This document shows, one piece after another, positions 1 to 7,720 of a stretch of 9,689 bases of DNA. The stretch covers positions 1 to 9,689 of the forward strand of contig CBFFRQ010000209.1 in assembly GCA_965644315.1 (NCBI GenBank). Reading direction: 5' to 3'. The notes below the pieces were generated by a model. The model ran no database searches, had not been told where the DNA came from, and saw nothing but the letters and a program-made list of their open reading frames with translations. The stretch is from Caecitellus pseudoparvulus. Its lineage: Eukaryota; Protista; Bigyra: Bicosoecida. The number at the start of each line of letters is the position of its first letter. The first letter of the stretch is position 1. Made by a program: the position numbers and the translations under genes.

Positions 1-2
1 CT

Positions 3-925
3 CTGAGAGGGCATCGACAAGTGAATGTTCATGCTGGGTCTGAGGGTATCCCTGAGTATGGCTTTCGAATCGCTTGTACGATGGGGCACACCGATGTAGT
101 GAGAGAGCTGCTGGCACTGAGTGGTGCTCGGGAAGTGGACGTACATGCTGGGCCTGAGGGGCAGCCTGAGTATTGCTTCCGGCTTGCCTGTATGCATGGT
201 ATGTTGGATGTGGTGCGCGAGCTGCTGGCGTTGACGGGTGACCGTGCGGTGGATGTGCATGCTGGTTCTCAGGGTGTTCCTGAAACTGCCTTCCGGGTTG
301 CCTGTGCGAAAGGTCACATTGATGTTGTGCGGGAGCTGCTGGCTTTGACCGGGCATCGAGAGGTGGATGTGCATGCTGGAGCTGGGGGCGTGCCTGAGGC
401 TGGCTTCTGGCTTGCCTGTGAGAATGGTCACTTGGATGTAGTGCGCGAGTTGCTGTCGTTGAGTGGGCATCGCGAAGTGGACGTGCATGTGGGGCCTGAG
501 GAAGGAGCTGAGTATGGCTTCTGGCTCGCCTGTGAGAATGGACATGTCGATGTGGTGCGTGAGCTGTTGGCGCTGACCGAGTATCGTGCCGTTGACGTGC
601 ACGCTCGCCAGGAGGCTTGCCTCCAGGCTGCTTGTGCGACTGGGCACCTTGAGGTTGTGCGTGAGCTACTGGCTCTGACGGGTGACCGCGAGGTGGATGT
701 GCATGCTGGACCTGATGGCAATCCTGAGGGTGGCTTCCAGCTCGCCTGTGGGAACGGACATCTAGACGTGGTGCGGGAGCTGCTGGCGTTGAGCGGGCAT
801 CGTGAGGTAGATGTGCATGCTGGGGCTGAGGGCGGGCCTGAGCATGGCTTCGGACTTGCCTGTGCGAGGGGGCACTTGGATGTAGTGCGCGAGCTGTTGG
901 CGTTGAGCGGGCATCGTGAGGTGGA
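3..925 (+). pseudogene. Ankyrin-like repeat gene A, 5' part (open from the window edge; interrupted by a mobile element after nt 925)
   Basis: The frame is open from nt 3 (LRGHRQVNVHAG...). It has eight repeats of DVHAGxxGxPExGFxLACxxGHxDVVRELLALxGxRxV (38 aa/114 nt; one is 34 aa). The ACxxGHxDVVxxLL...DV core matches the ankyrin consensus. The repeat pattern breaks abruptly after GAG GTG GA at 925. Confidence 0.9.
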
Positions 926-934
926 AAATACTCT

Positions 935-970
935 TGGCCCTGCGGGCCATGCCTGCGGCATGCGAGACGC
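935..970 (-). other. Terminal hairpin cluster of the outer element
   Basis: TGGCCC-TGC-GGGCCA (935-949), CATGCC-TGC-GGCATG (948-962) and a weak GCG-AGA-CGC (962-970). On the minus strand the first two loops read c-GCA-g. Confidence 0.8.
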
Positions 971-980
971 TGTCTACCGT
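968..980. repeat. Subterminal inverted repeat of the outer element (42 nt inside the hairpin-bearing end)
   Basis: CGCTGTCTACCGT pairs 13/13 with the reconstructed 3084-3091 plus 5787-5791. Confidence 0.9.
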
Positions 981-3100
981 CCCCATGCCCTGCACTGTGC
1001 CCTGGCTGTGGCCTTGGGCCTCCGGCCGGCCAACCTGCCCCACATGGACTTCCAGCCAAGGCGACCTGTGGACGCCCATCTGCAATGCATTGCCAGCGCT
1101 CCACACAGGGACTTCGCATTCACGCTCTCTGTGCCGCACTGGGCGCTGCGGCAACGGGCATCGCTGATGTGCCCGTCCAGGCCAGCGGACATGATTGGAA
1201 CCTTCCACAGCAAGCACCACACCAGCCCTCCGCGCAGTACCTCGGCCACCACAAGCCCATGCACGACATGCACTGCCCTTCCTGTGTGCTGAAGCATCGT
1301 GCACGTCTTGCCTGAGGCGCGCCTGCCTCGGCACTGCCCTGGTCGCGCGCAGTGGAAGGTGCGACACCAAGTGCGAGTGATGCGGCCACAAGCGCCAAGC
1401 CCTACGCGTGTGGCCTCAGCAGCTGCGACCGCCACATGGCGCATCGGACATGCACGGGAACTGCCAACTGCAGGCATGGGGCCCTGGGACCGCCACAGCG
1501 ATCATGCTGGGCACGGCGCCCACTTTGGCTTGGCCATGGCCCGGAGAGCCGCTGCGCCAATCACGCCGTAGGCAGGCCCACACCCGGACATTCTGCCACG
1601 TGTGCACTGCCTGGCCCATGCAACAGTGTCTGTGCACAGGGTGTAGCAGCCCAGCCCTATGTCACGCTGCACCAGCGTCACAAGTACTCAGCCCGACGCC
1701 CGTTTGTATGATGAAGGTCCTTGGCGCAGTGTCGGTGGAGGTCGGGGACGGCAGTGCCAGCACGCGTGCGCGCACACAAGAGTGCACGGGTGTGGCACGG
1801 AGCAGCAGTATGGCGAGGCAGCTGTGTGTACTTGCTGCACGTGGCTTTGGTGTGGCTCGTTCCAACTTCGTTGGCTTCGGCCAGCTGCGGATACGGGCAC
1901 CCTGGTGCTCTTGCTGGCGGTATGAGCAGCCGTGTCACGCCCTCTGCACATGCCTAGGCCCAGCATGAACCGTAGTGCATGTTCTACGACGGCTGGGCTG
2001 CCGTTCTGGAGCAAGTGCACTGCCGCCGGCCGCGGCCGCCGCGCGCTGCTGCTGGCGCAGCGCGGCGCGGCGCGGCGGCGAGACCGGCGGCGGCAACTCG
2101 GACAACTGCACGATCTGCAACGCATACAGCCTAGGCACATGCACTGGATGAGTCTGCGGCCCAGCATGTAGCCCCAGGTGGGCGGCCTACCGCTGCCGAG
2201 CAAGCACTTGCCTGTCCAGCAAGGTCTCGCCCTGGACCGGTCAGCACTACCTGCACCACAAATCCCTTCGCCTTGGCACCGGGGCAGGCAACTGACTTGC
2301 ATATGGCTCTGTAGCACAAGCCACTGGAGCTCTCCCGCTTACACAAGCACGAAGCTGCTCTGCGAGACGCCAGCCAGGCACCAGCCAGCGCAAGGCTCAG
2401 CACTGCGGCACTTCCCTGAGCCACGGCAAGCGATTCTGCGCCAAGCAGAGCAAACCTCCGTGCCATATGCCGTACCGATGCCCTGACACACTTTGCCAGT
2501 GCGCTAGGGTGCTCAGGTGGCTTGGCACAGGCCTGCCGAGGAAGGCGCCCAGCCAACACGCCTATGCAGCAAAACCTTCACAGGCCAACGGCACAGAACT
2601 GGCCGCTGCGCAGCAGGCAGTAGGCTAAGCATGTAGTATTGTGTCCATAGGCCAGGCGCGTGTCGTTTGCAATGCCGTTGGTGCAAAGCCCTGCCCTGTG
2701 GACTTGCGCGTGGAAGGGGCACAATTTTGCACCGAAAACAAGTGTGCGCACGCCCTGCCGCGCAGCACACGCGCCCCGCTCTGCAAGCACCATTGCATTG
2801 TATGTTCCCTTTGTAGGTACTTGTGTCGGGCACCCCGGAAGGTGAGCGCGTGTCCTGGTGCGTGTGATTGAAAACTCGTGGGATAGTCAATTTCCGGACT
2901 GATTTTCGCGCCCTACACCTGGAATATGCACTGCACGCACTGCAAAACACGTGCAAATACCATTTTGCATATGTACGCAGGTGGAGGATACAATGGCATG
3001 AGCGTGGGCCTTCCAGGGAACTCCAAACGACCATGTGGACTTCGTGCGTGAGCGGCCCCCTTCCCCCACACCCCCTGAACCTAACGGTAGAAAATACTCT

Positions 3101-3136
3101 TGGCCCTCCGGGCCATGCCTGCGGCATGCGAGACGC
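3101..3136 (-). other. Terminal hairpin cluster of the inner element
   Basis: TGGCCC-TCC-GGGCCA, CATGCC-TGC-GGCATG and GCG-AGA-CGC. The stems are identical to the outer copy and the single change is the central loop base. Confidence 0.8.
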
Positions 3137-3147
3137 TATCTACCATC
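3135..3147. repeat. Subterminal inverted repeat of the inner element, hairpin-bearing end
   Basis: GCTATCTACCATC pairs 13/13 with 5771-5783. Confidence 0.9.
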
Positions 3148-4207
3148 CCCATGCTCTGCACTGTGCCCAGGCAGCGGCCTTGGGCCTCCGACCGGCCAAC
3201 CTGCCCCACATGGACTTCCAGCCAAGGCGACCTGTGGACGCCCATCTGCAATGCATTGCCAGCGCTCCACATAGGGACTTCGCATTCACGCTCTCTGTGC
3301 CGCACTGGGCGCTGCGGCAACGGGCATCGCTGATGTGCCCGTCCAGGCCAGCGGACATCAATGGAACCTTCCACTGCAAGCACCACACCAGCCCCTCGCG
3401 CAGTGCCTCAGCCACCACAGGCCCATGCACGACATGCACCGCCCTTCCTGTGTGCTGAAGCGTCGTGCACGTCTTGCCTGAGGCGCGCCTGCCTCGGCAC
3501 TGCCCTGGCCGCGCGCAGTGGAAGGCGCGACACCCAGTGCGAGTGATGCGGCCACAGGCGCCAAGCCCTACGCGAGTGGTCTTAGCAGCCGCGACCGCCA
3601 CATGGTACACCGGACATGCACGGATACTGCCAACTGCGGGCATGGGGCCCTGGGACCGCCACAGCGATCATGCTGGGCCCATGCCCTGCACTGTGCCCAG
3701 GCAGCGGCCTTGGGCCTCCGGCCGGCCAACCTGCCCCACATGGACTTCCAGCCAAGGCGACCTGTGGACGCCCATCTGCAATGCATTGCCAGCACTCCAC
3801 ACAGGGACTTCGCATTCACGCTCTCTGTGCCGCACTGGGCGCTGCGGCAACGGACATCGCTGATGTGCCTGCCCAGGCCAGCGGACATCAATGGAACCTT
3901 CCACTGCAAGCACCACACCAGCCCCTCGCGCAGTGCCTCAGCCACCACAGGCCCATGCACGACATGCACCGCCCTTCCTGTGTGCTGAAGCGTCGTGCAC
4001 GTCTTGCCTGAGGCGCGCCTGCCTCGGCACTGCCCTGGCCGCGCGCAGTGGAAGGTGCGACACCCAGTGCGAGTGATGCGGCCACAAGCGCCAAGCCCTA
4101 CGCGAGTGGCCTCAGCAGCCGCGACCGCCACATGGTACATCGGACATGCACGGATACTGCCAACTGCAGGCATGGAGCCCTGGGACCGCCACAGCGATCA
4201 TGCTGGG
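3148..4207. repeat. 530-bp direct tandem duplication inside the inner element (3148-3677 / 3678-4207)
   Basis: Manual alignment at offset 530 gave 14 mismatches and no indels. The junction is TGCTGGG|CCCATGCCC. The segment is present only once in the outer copy. Confidence 0.95.
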
Positions 4208-5770
4208 CACGGCACCCACTTTGGCTTGGCCATGGCCCGGAGAGCCGCTGCGCCAAGCACGCCGTAGGCAGGCCCACACCCGGACATTCTGCTGTGTGTG
4301 CACTGCCTGGCCCGTGTAACAGTTCCTGTGCACAGGGTGTAGCAGCCCAGCCCTATGTCACGCTGCACCAACGGCACAAGTGCTCAGCAGGACGCCAGAG
4401 TATGTGGTGGAAGGCCCGGTCAGAGAGTCGGTGGAGATCGGGGACGGCGGTGCCAGCAGGCGCCCGCGCACGCAGGAGGGTACAGTTGTGGCACAGTGTA
4501 GCAGTGTGGCGAAGCAGCTGTTTGTACCTGCTGCATATGGCTTTGGTGTGGCTCGTTCCAACTTCGTTGGCTTCGGCCAGCTGCGGATACGGGCACCCTG
4601 GTGCTCTTGCTGGCGGCATGAGCAGCCGTGTCACGCCCTCTGCACATGCCTAGGCCCAGCATGAACCGTAGTGCATGTTCTACGACGGCTGGGTTGCCGT
4701 TCTGGAGCAAGTGCACTGCCGCCGGTCTCGCCGCCGCGCGCTGCTGCTGGCGCAGCGCGCGCGCGGCGACGAGACCGGCGGCGGCAACTCGGACAACTGC
4801 ACGCTTTGCAATGAGTACAGTCCAGGCACATGTACTGGATGTGTCTGCGGCCCAGCAGGTAGCCTCAGCTGGGCGGCCTCCCGCTGCCGAGCAAGCACTT
4901 GCCCGTCAAGCAAGGCCTCGCCCTGGACCGGTCAGCACTACCTGCACCACAAATCCCTTCGCCTTGGCACTGGGGCAGGCAACTGACTTGCATGTGGCTC
5001 TGTGGCACGAGCCATTGGAGCTCTCCTGCTTACACAAGCACGGAGCTGCCCTGCGAGCCGCCAGCCATGCACCAGCCAGCGCCAGGCTCAGCACTGCGGC
5101 ACTTCCCTGAGCCACGGCAAGCGAAGCTGCGCCTAGCAGAGCAAACTTCCGTGCCATATGCCGTGCCGATGCCCTGACACAATTTGCCAGTGCGCCAGGG
5201 TGCTCAGGTGGCTTGGAACAGGCCTGCCGAGGACCGCGCCCAGCCAACACGCCAGTGCAGCAAAACCTGCACAGGCCAACGGCACAGAACTGGCCGCTGC
5301 GCAGCAGGCAGTAGGCTGAGCATGTAGTATTGTGTCCATAGGCCAGGCGCGTGTCGTTTGCAATGCCGTTGGTGCAAAGCCCTGCCCTGTGGACTTGCGC
5401 GTGGAAGTGGCACAGTTTGGCACCGAAAACAAGTGTGCGCACGCCCTGCCACGCAGCGCACGCGCCCCGCTCTGCAAGCACCATTGCATTGTATGTGCCT
5501 TTTGTAGGTCCTTGTGTGGGGCACCCCGGAAGGTGCGCGCGTGTCCTGGTGCGTGAGATCGCAAACTCGTGAAATTTCAATTTCCGGACTGGTTAATGCG
5601 CCCTGCACCTGGAATATGCAGTGCACGCACTGCAAAACACGTGCAAATACCATGTTGCATATGTACGCAGGTAGTGGATGCAATTGCGTGGCCATGGGCC
5701 TTCTAGGGGCTTAGTTGGACTTCTTGCGTGAGTGACCACTGGTACTTCCCCTCCCACACCCTCCGACCTT

Positions 5771-5783
5771 GATGGTAGATAGC
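5771..5783. repeat. Subterminal inverted repeat of the inner element, 3 nt from the opposite terminus
   Basis: GATGGTAGATAGC is followed by TAA, then by CAGCGAA, the remainder of the outer element. Confidence 0.9.
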
Positions 5784-5793
5784 TAACAGCGAA

Positions 5794-6559
5794 TGTGCAT
5801 GCTGGAGCTGGGGGCGGGCCTGAGGGTGGCTTTCGGTTGGCCTGTGGGAACGGACATCTAGACGTGGTGCGGGAGCTGCTGGCGTTGAGCGGGCATCGCG
5901 AGGTAGATGTGCATGCTGGGGCTGAGGGCGGGCCTGAGCATGGCTTCCAGCTCGCCTGTGGGAACGGACATCTAGACGTGGTGCGGGAGCTGCTGGCGTT
6001 GAGCGGGCATCGTGAGGTAGATGTGCATGCTGGGGCTGAGGGCGGGCCTGAGCATGGCTTTCGGTTGGCCTGTGCGAAAGGTCACATTGACGTGGTGCGG
6101 GCGCTGCTGGCGTTGAGCGGGCATCGCGAGGTTGATGTGCATGCTGGGGCTGAGGGCGGGCCTGAGCATGGCTTTCGGTTGGCCTGTGATAAAGGGCATT
6201 TGGATGTGGTGCTTGAGCTGCTGGCTCTGACTGGGCATCGCGAGGTAGATGTGCATGCTGGGGACCTGTATGGGGCTGAGTCTGGCTTCTTTCGAGCTTG
6301 CCAACACGGAAATGCCGATGTGGTGCGAGAGCTGCTAGGCCTCACCGGCCACCGAGCCACTCCCCTCGAAGCACGCCTTGCCGCGGGAGAGGCAGCTGTG
6401 CAGCCAGGCAAGGATGCTGTGTGGGCTGGCACAAGCATTCGACGGGGTCGCAAGGCTGTGGTGCTGCTGCGGAGCGCAAGGAGAGCAGGGAAGCGCCAGC
6501 GACAACCACCTGGCTCGGCCGTGGTGTCTCCAGCAGGCAAGACTGCACGCTCTGAATGA
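5794..6559 (+). pseudogene. Ankyrin-like repeat gene A, 3' part (five repeats plus basic C-terminal tail, TGA at 6557-6559)
   Basis: Joining 925 to 5794 restores GAG GTG GA|T GTG CAT GCT (EVDVHA) in frame, with no base gained or lost relative to the repeat consensus. 731-850 is identical to 5941-6060, linking the two halves. The rejoined frame is 562 aa within the window. Confidence 0.9.
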
Positions 6560-6696
6560 GGGATGGAGTAGGTTTGCACTTCATGCTGCGCCGTACCGGT
6601 TTTCACCACCACGGTTATTTTGGGGATGGTCAAGGTGTCACTGCAGCTGAGACGTGCATGGTTTGGAGGTGGCACTTGAGCGCCAGCCCTGGGAAG

Positions 6697-7034
6697 GGGC
6701 ATGTTGGATTGCTGCGTGGGCTATTGGCGTTGGAGGGCGAGCTTTTTGTGAACATACATGGGATCGATAAGAGTGGGCCTGAGTATGCCTTCCGACTTTC
6801 CTGCCAGAACGGACACATGGACGTAGTGCGCGAGTTGCTGGCTCTCACAGGTCATCGAGCCATCGCCCGCCAGACGCAGATCAAGGGCGGAGAAATAGTT
6901 GTACAGGCGGCCAAGGATGTTTTTGGCGCGGCACTAGCACTCGGCAGGGTCGAGGCACAATGGTGCTCCTATGTGTGAGCCGGACGTTGCCAAGATGGCA
7001 TACTATGGTGGACCGGCCTTCGCTGTGGGTGTAG
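6697..7034 (+). pseudogene. Ankyrin-like gene B relic (about 1.5 repeats plus C-terminal motif, frameshifted)
   Basis: GHVGLLRGLLALEGELFVNIH...GPEYAFRLSCQNGHMDVVRELLALTGHRAI is paralogous to gene C. After KDV, a T5 run (6920-6924) shifts the frame. The other frame continues WRGTSTRQGRGTMVLLCVSR to TAG at 7032-7034, homologous to the tails of genes A and C. The 5' boundary is uncertain. Confidence 0.75.
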
Positions 7035-7062
7035 GGACAACGGGACGCTCGAAGCACATCGG

Positions 7063-7080
7063 CTTACCTAAGGAGGTAAG
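7063..7080. repeat. Short perfect inverted repeat CTTACCT-AAGG-AGGTAAG
   Basis: 7-bp arms and a 4-nt spacer, read directly from the sequence. Confidence 0.6.
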
Positions 7081-7589
7081 TGTGTTGACGCTGATGCCTG
7101 GGCAGGCGGCTGGAAACGCACCGTCACAGGCGCCTGGGCACTCGCACCGCCTACCGCCGGCACCTGCACTGTCACACTGCCCAGCGCCACGGGAAGCCCG
7201 CGGGTGGTGGTGCAGAGCACCTGGCGCTGCAGTGCTGTGGAGGTGGCGTCCCCTCCCGTCAGGCACCATCCTCTCAGCAGTGTCGCTGCCTGCAGGTGCT
7301 CACGGGCAGACACGGTGCCCTGCAAGGCTGCCTCGGGGGACAGGTCGGCCACGGCAGCGGTGGCGGCTTCTGCGGCTTGTGTGTCGGCTTCGGCGGCTGC
7401 AACCTGCTCACGCAGGGCGGCAGCTCGGGCCCGCAGAGCGACCAGGCGCTGGTGTCGGGCTGCCTCTTCGCGTTGTGCAGCGTCAGTGGCTTGACGCGCC
7501 GTCGCAGCGCTGGCTGTGGCCTGTCGCACAGCTTCAGCGACCCGCACCACTTCAGCGGGTAAGGCGGGGAACACTTCTGAGGCAGCAAT
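7068..7589 (-). CDS. Ala/Glu/Arg-rich predicted coiled-coil reading frame followed by a small mixed domain; probably an exon or gene relic
   Basis: Composition is protein-like (AEAVRQATASAATARQATDAAQREEAARHQRLVALRARAAALREQVAAAEA), unlike the other frames here. It is bounded by TAA (7590-7592) and TAG (7068-7070) and has no in-frame ATG. There is a possible acceptor CCTCAG near 7577 and a GTAAG directly after the TAG. Confidence 0.45.
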   Translation of the reverse strand: MAASEVFPALPAEVVRVAEAVRQATASAATARQATDAAQREEAARHQRLVALRARAAALREQVAAAEADTQAAEAATAAVADLSPEAALQGTVSAREHLQAATLLRGWCLTGGDATSTALQRQVLCTTTRGLPVALGSVTVQVPAVGGASAQAPVTVRFQPPAQASASTHLPP

Positions 7590-7625
7590 TTACATTTCAA
7601 ATCATGTGGAATCTTTTATACTTGT
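7586..7625. promoter_or_regulatory. AT-rich island upstream of gene C, possible core promoter
   Basis: CAATTTACATTTCAAATCATGTGGAATCTTTTATA in a GC-rich background, about 100 nt before the ATG at 7721. Compositional evidence only. Confidence 0.3.
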
Positions 7626-7720
7626 GCTGCATTCACTTGCCTGGGCTTCTCCATTCGTGCTGCTGTGCAGGCGAGTTGGTTGGCGTGGGGATCAAGTGCG
7701 GAAACTGGTGCCGCCACGCC

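Larger units (their letters stand above)
3092..5786 (-). mobile_element. Inner (nested) copy of the same element family, 2695 bp including a 530-bp internal duplication
   Basis: Collinear with 926-3091 (offset 2166 at the left end). The subTIR GCTATCTACCATC (3135-3147) is the perfect reverse complement of GATGGTAGATAGC (5771-5783). Minus-strand termini are 5'-TTAGCTA...GAGTATTT-3'. No TSD. Confidence 0.85.
926..5793 (-). mobile_element. Outer copy of a non-autonomous Helentron/Helitron2-like element (own sequence 926-3091 plus 5787-5793, 2173 bp)
   Basis: Precise insertion without TSD into gene A. The subTIR CGCTGTCTACCGT (968-980) is the exact reverse complement of ACGGTAGA|CAGCG (3084-3091 plus 5787-5791) once the inner copy is removed. 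Hairpins lie at 935-970. Minus-strand termini are 5'-TTCGCTG...GAGTATTT-3', with boundaries ambiguous by one T. Family and orientation are inferred from terminal architecture only; no transposase is seen. Confidence 0.85.

Noticed and set aside
21-925. CRISPR-like array suggested by the 114-nt periodicity
   Set aside because: The units are in-frame coding repeats with synonymous variation and no unique spacers.
21-1292. 423-aa ORF as a genuine ankyrin protein with a novel C-terminal domain
   Set aside because: The last ~122 codons are read-through into the element, crossing its hairpins and subTIR. The real C-terminus is at 5794-6559.
3056-3075. G-quadruplex near the element's right end (minus-strand G runs)
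   Set aside because: Only three clear G tracts, and the pattern is only loosely kept in the inner copy.
926-5779. Simple head-to-tail tandem duplication, LTR pair, or GGTRGA as a target-site duplication
   Set aside because: These do not account for the 14 nt at 5780-5793 or the copy-specific subTIR pairing. The nested model explains every base.
926-5786. Transposase or other protein encoded by the element's many 60-220-aa ORFs
   Set aside because: I recognise no HUH, helicase, DDE, tyrosine-recombinase or RT motifs. The ORFs overlap in all frames, are Cys/His/Ala/Arg-rich as expected for GC- and TG/CA-rich DNA, and several change frame between copies.
916-5789. The whole insertion as a spliceable intron (GTGAGG at 916 to GCTAACAG at 5789 would rejoin gene A in frame)
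   Set aside because: The branch-point/acceptor-like CTAACAG is fully explained as the junction of the inner end (TAGCTAA) and the outer stub (CAGCGAA). The same donor-like sequence occurs in another repeat. There is no support without RNA data.
6971-7720. N-terminal 250 aa of the 697-aa ORF
   Set aside because: Not repeat-like. It overlaps the gene B tail and the antisense coiled-coil frame and crosses an AT-rich island. The ATG at 7721 has a strong context and directly precedes the repeats.
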